64,000 bases of DNA from Octopus sinensis (lineage: Eukaryota). Position numbers and translations under genes: made by a program. The stretch is taken from the NCBI RefSeq assembly GCF_006345805.1, contig NC_043013.1, forward strand, positions 44,392,001 to 44,456,000, read 5' to 3'. A model generated the notes under the pieces. It was not told the DNA's origin and did no database searches. It saw only the letters and a program-made list of their open reading frames with translations. Shown in pieces: positions 25,462 to 39,126 of the stretch (position 1 is the stretch's first letter; each line of letters opens with the position of its first letter).

Positions 25462-28400
25462 TTATCTATCCAACCACAGACGTGGCTGTGTGGTTAAAGA
25501 GCTTACTTCCCGTCCATGTGGTCTTGGGTTCAGTCCCAGGGCACGACACATTTCACAAATCTCTTCTACTATAATCTCGGGTCAGCCAGAGCTTCGTTAG
25601 TGGATTTGGTAGACGAAAACTGAAATAAGCCTATCACACACATACAAACTAATGTATGTGTGTCTTTGGTGTGTATTCTTATCTTAACATCACATGATGG
25701 TTGAAAGCAAACATTTTCTTCATTTCCAGTCTTCTGTGAAAAATGTTTGGCCATGAGAAATCTTACCTTACTTGAAGGGTTGCTAACAAGACGGACGCCC
25801 AACTGGTGAGAAATCTGTCTCAACAAATTCCGTCCGACCCATGCAAGCACTGAGAATAGCAAAGAATTCTCCCATTACCTCTGACCAATGACAGCTGATC
25901 CCCTCAAAATTGAAGGTTCATGCTTACTGGCCAATGTGGAGACACCCCTCAGCCAGAGCTTTCATAACATATACAACTAATTGTTGTAAGGATATAATAC
26001 ACAAGCATACGACTGTAGTCATGTGTGTATGAATTTAGGAAAAAAAAAAAAGAAAAAAGCTGTGTAGTAAGAAGTTTGCTTAGTCCCACTGCGTGGCACC
26101 TTGGGTAAATGTCTTCTATAGTCTTGGGCTGACCAAAGCCTTGTGAGTGAGTTTGGTAGACAAAATCTTAAAGAAGTCCATCATATATGTGGTGTGTGTG
26201 TGTGTGTATGTGTTAGCTTGCCACCCACCACCACTTGAAAACCATTATTGGTGTGTTTACATCCCCGTAATTTAGTGGTTTAGCAAAAGAGACCGATAGA
26301 ATAAGTACCAAGCTTTAAAACAAAACAGAACTGGGGTCAATTCGTTCAGCTAAAATTCTTCAGGGCGGTGTTCCAGCATGGCCAGTCTAATGGCATGAAA
26401 CATGTAAATGATAAAAGATAAATGAAAGAATAATAAATCTGTCACCATTAACCTCATCACTATAATTCCCCTTCTACCAGGTTGCTTTAACTCATTTGTG
26501 GGGCCAAACATGCAGGGAGTTACTCTATAAACATATCCCCAAATACTCCTTGATGTGCTTCTAGCTTCTACCATCATCATCATCATTTAACGTCCGTTTT
26601 CCTATGCTAGCATGGGTTGGACGGTTTTGACTGAGGGCTGGCGAACCAGATGGCTGCACCAGGCTCCAGTCTTGATCTGGCAGAGTTTCTACAGCTGGAT
26701 ACAATTCCTAACGCCAACTACTCCTAGAGTGTAGTGGGTGCTTTTTTACGTGCCACCTGCACGGGGGCCAGTCAGGCGGTACTGGCAATGACCTCGCTCA
26801 ATAAACATTACTTCAGAAGGATTAATAAGAACGCTAAAGGGTTAAGGGTGAGTAGTAATAACTTGGAATAAAATGAAAATAAAGATATTAGTGAGGAGGG
26901 TGGGGGCAAAACAAACTCTCAAAGTATAAGGTGAGCATAAGAGAAGATATGATGAGTGGATCGGGGGAGATGTTTCGATGTTCTTTCTCTGGTGTGAAGG
27001 ATTAATCAAACATGATTATTCAATTTCTTTAACCATCTGTAGCTATGTGTTGCAATCACACAGGTCCTAGCTTCCTTTGCTACTTGTTGTCACAAAACCT
27101 GCTAAAAATAGTAGCCAAATCTTCTTCAAATCACACCTTACCATTAAAAACTGGCAAGGATGCCTTAAATAACATAATCCCAGAGATCTCTGAAAAAAAC
27201 AGGATAGCCATGGATGGAATGCCTTTCATCAGATCAGCTCAATCAGGGTTGAATTGGGACTAAACAATAATAATTTTTACCTCTTTATTATGAGAATATA
27301 TTACTCTTTTACTTGTTTCAGTCACTTTACTACAGCCATGCTGGAGCACCGCCTTTAGTCGAGCAAATCGAACCCAAGACTTATTCTTTGTAAGCCCAGT
27401 ACTTATTCTATCCGTCTCCCCTCAACACATTAACTAATAAGGGAACCCTTGTAAGATACAAGGGGCTGCTGAAAAGTCCCTGACTTTAAGGGTATTGTAA
27501 AAGGCCTGGTTGGAGGCCTAACCTTCTGAATTCTTTTACAGGGCTTAGAAAACTGAAGGTCTGCTGCAACAAGTGTGTGAATCTGAGAGGGGAAAATGTT
27601 GAATAAAAACCTCTATTTTCTTTTATCTAAAGCTAGGAACTTTCCAGCAATACTTCGTACATTGTTAACCAACTATTCGCCTTTTAGTTTTCAAACCAGC
27701 CAAATCTGGTCCCTCACACCTACTCTACATTGCTATTTTAAAAATAAAATAAACAGCCATATCATAGAAATCAAAACAATGTGAATAAATAAATATTACA
27801 TTTGACAAAATAATCTGAATGCTAAAGGGTTAAAACAACACTTGATATTATTGTTGGTTGAGGGAGACAGTTAATATTTCTCACTCCTGTTACTTTCTTT
27901 ATATTCTGTCGTGAACCCCTCATTCCAAACTGTTTTCATCCTACAGTTACTGAAAGACTTCTATGTGAGATGAACAAATATTGGTTTCAAATTTTGGCAC
28001 AAGGCCAGTAACTTCAAGGGCAGGGTTAGTCAATTAAATCGACCCCAGTGCACAACTGGTACTTATTTTATCGACTCCGAAAGGACAAAAGCAAAAGTGA
28101 ACCTTCACTGGCATTCAAACTCAGACGAAATGCCGCTAAGCATTTTGCCCAGCATGGTAACAATTCTGCTGGCTTGCAGCCTTAGAGATTAACAAAAATT
28201 ATTGCTAGGATTGTAGCACACATAAATCCGAAGACCAAATCCAAAGATAACAACAACAACGATAATGTAATGTTAGCTGGAAAACTGAATCTGAATGAGA
28301 AATCATGTTAGGAAAAACATTTCAATAGAAAACAACTTGACCTTTTCTCGACAATCCAATGACAGTTTTTTTTATTTTATTCCATAAACAAATCAGTGCA

Positions 28401-28896
28401 TGCATGCATGCGCACGCACAACCTATGTTCAATGTATTTCTAAACATCTAATGATAACATTTAAACATTTCTTATATTGAACAAAAAATGGAACATTGCC
28501 CTTATAGATTGAGGGATGATAAGTGGGTGAGATTGATGTCGTTAACATTCCATTAGAATCTTTGTAGATGAACACACATGTATCCATGTATGTATGTATG
28601 CATGGATGGATGGATGAATGAGTATGTGTGCATGTATGCTTAATGGATATAATAAAGGAAAATTCATTGTTGTAATAAGCTTTTCCCTTTATCATCTTAG
28701 AGAGCGATGGGAGAAAGATTAGCAATGATACAGACAAAAGGAAAGATATTTCAAGAACTTTCAATATCTTAATATGTGTGTGTGTGTGTAAAGGTAAGAT
28801 CCAAGGATCAAGGTGTAGGAAGCTAGTATGTTTCAAGCAGTTTGTCCAAGGCATAAAAACAACTTTCAGGAACAATAGTGGTTTATTGGTGTAGAA

Positions 28897-29094
28897 CAGT
28901 GGTTGCCAAACTTTTTAGAGTCGCGACCCACTATTTATCACGCCAGTTTATGACGACCCACTTAACTCTACTGAACTAGCTCAATAGACAGCAGTTAATC
29001 AAAGCTAATGTGTAATTTTATAACTTTTTGCGACCCACTAAGATTCCGTTCGCAACCCATCTGTGGGTCACGACTCATAGTTTGGGAACCACTG
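28897..29094. mobile_element. hAT-type MITE, 198 bp
   Basis: TIR CAGTGGTTGCCAAAC / GTTTGGGAACCACTG; perfect 8-bp TSD GTGTAGAA at 28889-28896 and 29095-29102. Confidence 0.92.
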
Positions 29095-29522
29095 GTGTAG
29101 AAGGTTGTAAATTTTTTCCCATATCGAAGTTTGATAAGCTGAAAAAATGTTATTTTGTAGTTCACAGTTAGCAGCTGGGGTTGCTGTGTGTGTGAATCTA
29201 CTCCATTCCCTAATTTTGGATATAAATATATACACATATATACACACATGAGTAAGCAGATAAATGCAAAACAAGGTGGAGAAAAATAGTACTTGAATAC
29301 CAGTGGTAGAGTAATGTCCTCTTTTTTTATTATTAAGGACTGCAAGAAGATCACAAGAAACTGTTACTCAGAGTTTCACGTTCCTGTTCATTGAGCTGTT
29401 GTGACCAAGAAAATACTGATCACAACTGCCTAACAAACGGGAACATGAAACTCTGAGTAGTAGTTCTTTTGCGATCTTCTTGCAGCTTTAATAATAATAA
29501 AAAAAGTATATATAATAATAAA

Positions 29523-29933
29523 AAGGCGCAAGAGTGGCTGCGTGGTAAGTAGCATGTTTACCAACCACATGGTTCCAGGTTCAGTCCCACTGCGTGGCAC
29601 CTTGGGCAAGTGTCTTCTACTATAGCCTCGGGCCGACCAAAGCCTTGTGAGTGGATTTGGTAGACGGAAACTGAAAGAAGCCTGTCGTATATATGTATAT
29701 ATATATATATATGTGTGTGTGTGTATGTGTTTGTGTGTCTGTGTTTGTCCCCCTAGTATTGCTTGACAACCGATGCTGGTGTGTTTATGTCCCCGTTACT
29801 TAGCGGTTCAGCAAAAGAGACCGATAGAATAAGTACTGGGCTTACAAAAGAATAAGACCCGGGGTCGAGTTGCTCGATTAAAGGCGGTGCTCCAGCATGG
29901 CCGCAGTCAAATGACTGAAACAAGTAAAAGAGT
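29523..29933 (+). mobile_element. Family-A SINE with central (TA)n/(TG)n. Other copies: 5864-6228+, 9825-10205-, 14700-15090+, 30340-30628+, 35605-35990-, 36615-37032-, 43270-43650-, plus fragments
   Basis: Shared tRNA-like head GGCGCAGGAGTGGCTGTGTGGTAAG..GGTTCAGTCCC and tail GACTGAAACAAGTAAAAGAG in many copies. Confidence 0.9.
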
Positions 29934-30347
29934 ATATATGAAAATGAATTTTGGAAGTGTCAAATGGGTTGGTATTTACAGACAAGAAATTAAATTTTGA
30001 ATACGCTAAAGCAGTGAAAACAGCAGAAAGATTAGGTATTCACTCATATAAGATGGAATAAAGTCGCCAGTAGGTGACTATGTGCTCTACCATTAAGCTA
30101 AATGGACCCCGACAACAATTACCATCAATTTTAATGCTAAATAATAGCTTTTCAAATACAAAAGTGTTTTATTAACAAATATAGACAATTGGTGTCTGAG
30201 GAGTACAGGGTTCGATTCCCATAGTCACCTGTTGGCAACTTTGTTTCTGTCTTATAAGGGTAAATGCCCAATATTTCTCTGCTGTTTTCACAGTTATACT
30301 ACATTCAAAATTTACTTTCTTGTCTCTAATATATATAGAAGCCTGTC

Positions 30348-30402
<55 letters not shown>

Positions 30403-31479
30403 TGTGTGTGTGTATGTGTGTGTGTATATGTTTGTGTGTGTGTATATGCTTGACAACCGATGCTGGTGTGTTTACATCCCCGTCACTTAGCGGTTCGGCA
30501 AAAGAGACCGATAAAATAAGTACTGGGCTTACAAAGAATAAGTCCCGGGGTCGATTTGCTCGACTAAAGGCGGTGCTCCAGCATGGCCGCAGTCAAATGA
30601 CTGAAACAAGTAAAAGAGTAAAGAGAGTATAAAGTGTGTGAGTGTGTGTGTGAGAGAGAGTGGGTATGTGGGTGTGTGTTCAATTAAACCCTGTAGAGAG
30701 CAATGTCACAATATCTATAGCTGAATATGACCTAAAGATCCTGAAGACAAGTCAAATATTTCAGTAGTTTAGTTATTGTACTTTTCAACCACAACAATGT
30801 ACAATATTGATAACAAGTACGACAACAGCAATAAAATTATTTCTTAATTAAGCACAAAATTTTAGGCAAGTAAAGTCAAGTGTCTTGCCCAACACTTGCA
30901 GTGGCTAAGGAATTCATGACTCTGAAGAAGCCAAAATTCTTCATTTTTACTTTTCTGGTGCAGAGAGAAATAATAAAAAGCTAGGTGGCCATGCAATGGA
31001 AGAGCAGCAGCAGTAGCAGCATTAGAGTTGAAGAACTGACAGAAATTGTAAAGTGGAGGTTTATAAAACCAAATTGATGAAATAGAGAAATGTTGGGGGA
31101 TCCAGGAAAATGAAAAAGTGAATGGAATATTAACAAGCAATTTTAATTTTTATTGGACGCATGAAATACATAAAGCAAAAATAAACCAAAAAGAAAGAAA
31201 AACAAACAAAAAAACATAAAATATGGCAAATAAATATAAAAGCGATAATCAAGCGTAAACAGAAAAGAAAAAAAAAAAAGAGCTGAAAACATTTCAAGAT
31301 GCAATTATGTTCAAGAAAGATAAAAATCTGATACATGTGACCTCCACCACAATAATAAGTTAAGATTAACAGTTTAGATATCTGAGATAATGAGTTGTTA
31401 TTACTAAGATGAGATTATTTTATTAGCCTCATTATTAAAATATATTTATTATCTACACTATGTTTTGATCTCTTATTAT

Positions 31480-31968
31480 TGTCATCAGGTGTTTTATTCT
31501 TGAATGCCTTACTTCTCTGGGCATGGACACATTAAAACTCCGATGTCTGGCAGCTGACTTGGCAGACACCCATAAAATTATTAACCATCTTACAAACAAT
31601 AACTCTGAGCACATTTTCAAACTCCACCCGTCTAACACCCGTGGACATGTTTACAAAGTCAGAAAACAGCACAGGTCCCATGACTTTAGGAAACATTTTT
31701 TCATGCTGAGAGTTGCTGAAGCATGGAACAAACTGCCGGCATCAGTTGTTAGTTGTCGGAGCACTGCATCCTTCAAAACTTCCATGCTTCCTGAGATTCG
31801 CCAACACTACACCTGATTTTCTCCCCTCCATACACACGCAAGCATGTATCTGACTCATACACTGTTCACTTCCCAAACATTTGTACATTACTACATATGC
31901 TTTACACACACTTTTGACAAGTTGTGGTACACCTGAGCACTGGATACAATAATTTCATTATTATTATA
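31480..31968 (+). mobile_element. CR1-clade LINE 3' fragment with (ATT)n tail
   Basis: DTLKLRCLAADL..NTRGH..FRKHFF..RVAEAWNKLP, followed by a 3' UTR shared with 16290-16578. Confidence 0.88.
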
Positions 31969-32299
31969 ATGTAAATGTGTATGACCTGGTGGTTAGGGTG
32001 TTGCAATCACAAACAAAAGATTGCAGTTTTGATTTCCATATTGGGTGGTATGTTGTGATCTTGAACAAAGCATTTCATTTCATGTCGCTCCAGTTCACTC
32101 AGCCATAAATGAGTAACCTTGTGACAAACTGGGGCAATGTTTTGATCTCTTTCACATATATATAATAATGAACTTATTGTAAACAGGACTCAGGTGTGCT
32201 ACAATTCATCAGAAAAAGTAACCAAAAATGTAAGAACAGTACATAGAATGCACAGAAGGTGGACAGAGAATGAGTTGTTTCAAAAATTTAAAAGACAAA

Positions 32300-32650
32300 A
32301 AAAAGAGGGGACATCAGGTGTATTGTTGATGAATTTCAGGAAGCATGGGAGTTTTGAAGGATGTGGTGTCCTGATAGCTAACAACTGATGCAGATAGTTT
32401 ATTCCATGCTTCAGCAATTCTGAGTGTGCAAAATTGTTTCCGAAAGTCATGGGCGCTGTGTTTTTCTTTTTGATTTTGTAAGCATGTCCACGAGTGTTAG
32501 ACATATGGAATTTGAAAAGGTGCCCCAGGTTGTTGTTAGAAAGATGGTGGATAATCTTGTGGGTGTCTGCGCTGTCAGCTGTCAGACGTTGGAGTTTTAA
32601 TGTGCCTATGTCCAGGGAAACAAAATGTTCAGAGTATGGTGGATGCCCTA
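32300..32650 (-). mobile_element. Older CR1 fragment of the same family, inverted
   Basis: LDIGTLKLQRLTADSADTHKII..NTRGHAYK on the minus strand. Confidence 0.8.
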
Positions 32651-33649
32651 TGGTGGGTATTTGTCTAGCTGTGGTATTCGTCAAACTGAGTAGCCAGTTC
32701 TATGAGTCCTTGAACCCAAGACAGCAACGTCCAGGAGACTTGCAATGCCTAGAGTCCAAGACTAAATTCAAATACCAATATTTATTTCTAAAGCTAGTAA
32801 TAGCTTTATCTTAGAAGTTACTGCTGTCTGTGTTATCCTTAGTTTAGACATAAAACTCTATTTTATCATCCCCAAAAGGACAAAAGACAAAGTTGACCTT
32901 TGCAGAGTTTGAACTCAGAACACAGTGAGAGGTAAAATGCTGCTAAGTATTTTGCCCAGTGTGCTAATGATTTTGCCAGCTCACAGCAATAATAATGATG
33001 ATGATGATGATGGTGATGATGATGGTGGTGGTGGTGATGGTGATGATGATGATGGTGGCAGCGGCAATCAATTTCAACATTAGCATATGCCACAAATTTG
33101 ATGGAAGAGTATTGTCAACTTAATCAATCCCAGTTTCTAACTTAATAATATAATTATTAATCCCGCTGAAGGATTAAAAAATAAAAAAAATTTTCTACCA
33201 TAGCCTTGGGTCAATATTAAGCCTTGTTTAGTGAGATCATTAGAGAGAAACTAGGGAAAAAGCTTGTCAGATGTACTGTACTTGTGACTCAAAGAGCACG
33301 ACCTTGTCATACACTGATTCTGTATGACCATTAATTAAATTAAGAGTAGAATTGTCTGTGGAATACTCAGTCATTTATTACATAATTCAATGAATAGATA
33401 GTCCTATTGACTGAACAACTGGGATGCTAATTTGTCAGATTCAACAAAACAGTCCATCTGATATCTATTAAATAATAATATCATAATTAGAAATTAATGA
33501 CTAAGAGATTAATATAAATGGCATTAGATTTTATAAGCACCAATTTCAGACTGTAGTGTTTATCAGTTAACATAGTCACCCAGTAACATAAGAGATAACA
33601 CGATTTAAGCCCCCGTCAGTGAAACAATTAAACAAGGTTTTCTTTTACA

Positions 33650-33835
33650 ACCTCAAACAAATTGGTGCTTGCCACACCCTAGCGGTTGAGGGAACCTGTG
33701 GAAGAGGCAGACCCAGGAAAACCTGGGACGAGGTGGTGAAGCACGACCTTCGAACTTTAGGTCTCACTGAGGAAATGACTAGAGACTGAGACCTCTGGAA
33801 GTGTGCTGTGCGCGAGAAGACCCGGCAGGACAAGT
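33650..33835 (+). mobile_element. RTE LINE 3' fragment
   Basis: VEGTCGRGRPRKTWDEVVKHDLRTLGL..DLWK. Confidence 0.85.
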
Positions 33836-34504
33836 GAGTCCACAACCGTGGCCTTCTACATGGGATGGAGCCAGCCTACGTATGCATACCTTCCCTTCTT
33901 GGACACAAAACTCTACTTGTGAAGACGTGTTGAGGCAAGTGAGGATCAGAATCGAAATCGATCAATGGAAATTGCGGATGTGCTACCAGTGCCGGTGGCA
34001 TGTCGAAACTCTGCTTGTGAAGACCCATTGAGGCAAGTGAGGATCAGAATCGAAATCGATCAATGGAAATCGATCAATGGAAATTGCAGATGTGTTACCA
34101 GTGCCGGTGGCATGTAAGAGAACTTTCCGTTTCGCGACCGTTGCCAGCACCGCCCCGTTTCGTGTCCGTTGCCAGCCTCGCCTGGCCCTCGTGCCGGTGG
34201 CACATAAAAAGCACCATCCGTTCGTGGCCGTTTGCCAGCTCTGTCTGGCACCAGTGCGGGTGGCACGTAAAAAGCACCCACTACACTCACGGAGTGGTTG
34301 GCGTTAGGAAGGGCATCCAGCCGTAGAAACACTGCCAGATTTGACTGGGCCTGATGAAGCCTTCTGGCTTCACAGACCCCAGTAGAACCGTCCAACCCAT
34401 GCTAGCATGGAAAACGGACGCTAAATGATGATGATGATGATGATGAATGTGTAAAAAAAACTATATGTGTGTGTATATACTTTATGTGGTCTTATTTAAA
34501 AGCA

Positions 34505-34640
34505 AAAAAAGAGGCGGGGCATCAGGTGTATTGTTAATGAATTTCAGGAAGCATGGAATTTTTGAAGGATGTAGTGTCCTGATAGCTAACAACTGATGCA
34601 GAGAGTTTATTCCATGCTTCAGCAATTCTGTTGCATTTAC
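34505..34640 (-). mobile_element. Short CR1 3' fragment
   Basis: Homologous to 32310-32425. Confidence 0.7.
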
Positions 34641-35809
34641 AACACTAAAATTGTGGTTTTGATTCTCAGAACACTTCATTTCCCATTGCCCCAGTCTATT
34701 CAGCAGGGAGTTAACCCTATTAGGAGCTGATGTGCCATCCAAGGATAGGAGCATTATATATGCTTGGACTCTTCTATGCCATGGAAGCTGGGAGAAGCTC
34801 CAGCCCAATAAGCCTGTAGGCTTGTGACAGACCTAAATCCTAAGATATATATATAAGATAAAGATGGGATAATTTAATCAGTGTAGTTCATTTATTCATA
34901 CTTAGATTCTAAGCCAAAAACTAAGTTGGCAATAATCTACAGTAGTTAAACCCAACTGCACTCTTGTCTCCAATTAGTTTACTCTATTCAATGATCGTTT
35001 CCTTTTCAACTATACATGGAGTAACTTGAGCAAGGATATATAGGGTAACTAGAGATAACAACCAAATCTCCTTAAAATCACACTTACCATCTTCAAAAAG
35101 AGAAGGATACATTGGATAATGTATTCGTAAATGAAATAATAAAAAAAGGAGAGCTGCTAAGAATGTGGAGAGGAAAGTTGAATAATTTTTATACATTTCA
35201 AGCACAAAGGTCCATCATTGGAAGTATATGGTTTAGAAATGTGTGTTTATGTTGAACCTACCATCTTGCAGTACACAAGAAAACCTGTCCTCTACTGCAG
35301 AAGTGTTCATACCATTCCCCAATGAAGAGGGTTGGCTTGCAAGAGCCCTGTGCCGGTGCCACATAAAAAGCATTCATGTTGGCACCACATTAAAAGCACC
35401 TAGCATACACTGTAAAGTGGCTGGCATTAGGAAGGATATCCAGCTGTAGAAACCAAACCAAATCAGACTGGAAGCTGGTGCAGCTCTCTTGCTTGCCAGC
35501 TCTGGTCAAACTGTTCAAATAATGTCAACATAGAAAATGGACATTAAAGGATGATGACGAGGACAATGATGATACCTCTAATGATGGGCTTGAAGTATAC
35601 TCTTTTATTCTTTTACTGGTTTCAGTCATTTGACTGCGGCCATGCTGGAGTACCACCTTTAGTCGAGCAAATCAACCCCAGGACTTATTCTTTGGAAGCC
35701 TAGTACTTATTCTATTGATCTCTTTTACCGAACCACTAAGTGATGAGGACGTAAACACACCACCATTGGTTGTCAAGTGATGTTGGGGGACAAAGACACA
35801 CAAACATAT

Positions 35810-35856
<47 letters not shown>

Positions 35857-36829
35857 TACAACGGGGTTCTTTCAGTTTCCGTCTGCCAAATCCACTCACA
35901 AGGCTTTGGTTGGCCTGAGGCTACAGTAGAAGATACTTGCCCAAGGTGCCATGCAGTAGGAATGAACCTGGAACCATGTGGTTGGTAACTTTCCTCTTTT
36001 CATTGTTGGAAGCTCATCTTTTTTGTTATTTTACTTCTGTATCACAATATTCCGAATAACCCACAATACACTTATTCCCAAATACTCGTTAAGAAAGCAA
36101 AATAAAACAAGAGGGTCCTAATTGGAAACAATTATAGACCTGCTCAATCCAGTACTGATTGATATCAAACTAAATAACAACAGTTCGGTGTTTTTCTTAA
36201 AAGGGGTACTGCTAATAGCAGTAGAGATCAATACATCACTAAATCACTATTTTCCATGCTAGCATGGGTTGGATGGTTTGACCAGGGTCTGGGAAGCCAG
36301 GAGGCTGCACCAGGCTCCAGTCTGATTTGGCAGTGTTTCTACAGCTGATGCCCTTCCTAACGCCAACCACTCAGTGAGTGTAGTGGGTGCTTTTTATGTG
36401 CCACTGGCACAGGTGCCAAGCGAGGCTGGCAACGGCCATGATCGGTTGGTGCTTTTTACGTGCCACCGGCACGGAAGCCAGTCAAGGCGGCGCTGGCATC
36501 GGCCACGTTCGGATGGTTCTTTTATGTGCCACTGGCACAGGTATCACAACTACAATTTCCATTTGATTTTTTGATGTTGATATACTTGACTCAATAGGTC
36601 TCCCCAAGCACAGTGTGTTTTACTCTTTTACTTGTTTCAGTCATTTGACTGCGGTCATGCTGGAGCACCGCCTTTAGTCGAGCAAATCGACCCCGGGACT
36701 TATTCCTTGTAAGCCCAGTACTTATTCTATCGGTCTCTTTTGCCGAACCGCTAAGTAATGGGGACGTAAACACACCAGCATCGGTTGTCAAGCAATGCTA
36801 GGGGGACAAACACACAGACACACAAACAT

Positions 36830-36870
<41 letters not shown>

Positions 36871-37559
36871 CGACAGGCTTCTTTCTGTTTCCGTCTACCA
36901 AATCCACTCACAAGGCATTGGTCGGCCCGGGGCTATAGCAGAAGACACTTACCCAAGATGCCACACAGTGGGACTGAACCCAGAACCATGTGGTTGGTTA
37001 GCAAGCTACTTACCACACAGCCACTCCTGCGCCTCTGTGTGTATATATATATTATATATATTACAACTATCACTATATCAATGAGGTTATCATAACTACA
37101 GTTTCCTACCAACATATACCATTGTGTTGCTAGTGGAATGAGGAAGTGAAGAAGTTTGTGGTTTTTATTCTGGACATAGAGTACGAGCTTCAACTTTTCA
37201 ACTAAAAAAAAACCAACAAAAAATACCTTATCCACTAGGTCACTTCAACTGCTAAATTAAGATAAACAGTAGTCTGTTAACATTAGTCCATTAACAGATT
37301 GTTGATACTATATTATTCCTCTCTCCCAGACTTTATAATAAACCTTTCATTGAATATTTTTTTACCCCCAAACTGAATTCCCTGTTTCCATCAAAAAGCC
37401 CTCCAAAAGGTCAAAAAAGTTTCAGGGTACACACAATATCTTTCTTCCCAAGAAATGTACAAAAAAAAAAAAAATTTAAATGTATAAAATGTCTGTTTAA
37501 AATTAAATCTTTTTAGTTGCATTAAAATAGGGTTTATATAAAATACAAGGAAGTATATA

Positions 37560-37626
37560 AAATATGGGAAGAACATGAAATATGGGAAGAACATGAAATA
37601 TGGGAAGAACATGAAATATGGGAAGT
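37560..37626. repeat. 18-bp tandem repeat AAATATGGGAAGAACATG x ~3.5 (probably in the 3' UTR of the proximal TSPAN exon)
   Basis: Read directly. Confidence 0.85.
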
Positions 37627-37914
37627 ATTTAAAATATGAAGGGTTTATGAAATATGCAAAGTAATAAAGTATGGAATGTTTGTATAAAATAAGCAAAATA
37701 AAATAAAATAAAATATGCAAAGTATAAAAAATACGTGAATAAGCAGAAATGGGTCAGAAAAAAGAAATGGTTGACTTGGTAACACAATAGCAATAGGAAA
37801 ATAAAGAAAGGATGAGGCAGAGTGGGAGAGAGAGAGAAAGAGAGATACATAGAGCTGAGGCAGATAAAATTCAGGGGGCTTTACTGTACCTAATGATAAC
37901 ACAAGTGGTAACCA

Positions 37915-37989
37915 TTAAAGAAACGCATTGGGGTTTGCTCTAGGGTCTTTCTGGTTACGGTATCGCACCGTAATCCAAACACCCAGTAT
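37915..37989 (-). CDS. TSPAN13/31: Tetraspanin-13/31 terminal coding exon, proximal copy ([24 protein letters not shown])
   Basis: Acceptor ttcttttttctag at 37990-38002, phase 0 matching the upstream exon ending in GAG; stop TAA at 37915-37917. Near-identical to the vertebrate TSPAN13/31 C-terminus (..[15 protein letters not shown]). Confidence 0.95.
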   Translation of the reverse strand: MLGVWITVRYRNQKDPRANPNAFL

Positions 37990-38895
37990 CTAGAAAAAAG
38001 AAACGACTAGATTGGTTAGTAGTGTAGCTAGCAAGAAGATACAAACAAATCATTCAATTTGATTTCATAGCTGATAACAAGACAGACGAGTGCTGATTAC
38101 AAATGGTATTTCAAAGGGAATGTTAAATAATTACTGCATTTTACCCCATAAAGGAACTGCAGGGAATTATGTTAAATTGTAGAATTAGTTGTGTTAGTGT
38201 TAGAAGAGTTAATGTGGTTAACTAAAAATAATTATGCAGTGAGATAAAAAGCAATGGTAATCAATAATTAGAAACAATTATTTTTGGTAAAAGGTGGAGA
38301 CAATTCTGGGCATATTTTGGCCATATTCTAACTTCATCAGCAAAGCATAATAATCATTGTGTTTGCTTAAGTAAAAATGAGATAATCAACAAGCATATGT
38401 ACAAGTCTGCACATTGGTTAGTATTGGAACTGTTTAGAAATTAAATAATTCTAGAATATTAGTCTGTTGGCTCATACTCTTCTCTTCAATACTGCGACCA
38501 TCTGTTAGATAGGACAAACTAAGAAAGAATCCTCACAGAGCCCTCTGATGCCAGAGAGCTGGCAGAAACTTTAGCATGCTGGACGAAATGTTTAGTGGTA
38601 TTTCGTCCACCACTGCGTTCTGAGTTAAAATTCCGCCAAGGTCGACTTTGCCTTTCATCCTTCGGGGTCGATAAATTAAGTACCATTTACATACTGGGGT
38701 CAATGTAATCAACTTAATCCCATTGCCTGTCCTTGTTTGTCCCCTCCCTGTTTAGCCCCATGTGGGCAATAAAGAAATAAGAAGGCTTTATGTTATATTT
38801 ATAGTTGTCACAAGTCTATTCCTTTAAAATTACAAAAGTATCTATCTCCATCACTGAGACAAGGACACATTTTTAAGGAGAGTATCATCAGTTAA

Positions 38896-39126
38896 CCCTT
38901 TAGCATTTAAACTGGGCACATCAGGCCCAAGTATTCTACCTGTTTTATGCTCAAACCAACTAAATCTACCCTACACTGTCCCTCTCACACCTACCCTACA
39001 CTGTCATTCTAAAAATTAGCAATCACATCAACAAAATCCCAAAGCTACAAGATAATGCATGATTAATTTAAAATAATATGAATAAATGAACAACACATTT
39101 GACAGAGTAATCTGATTGCTAAAGGG
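38896..39126. mobile_element. piggyBac-type MITE (related copies near 27660-27830, 39960-40165, 57050-57268)
   Basis: TTAA|CCCTTTAGCA ... TGCTAAAGGG|TTAA. Confidence 0.8.

Noticed and set aside
38478-38517. Minus-strand micro-exon or third terminal exon (MVAVLKRR / FVLSNRWSQY*)
   Set aside because: Splice-like sites are present, but the peptide would destroy TM4 and shows no family similarity.
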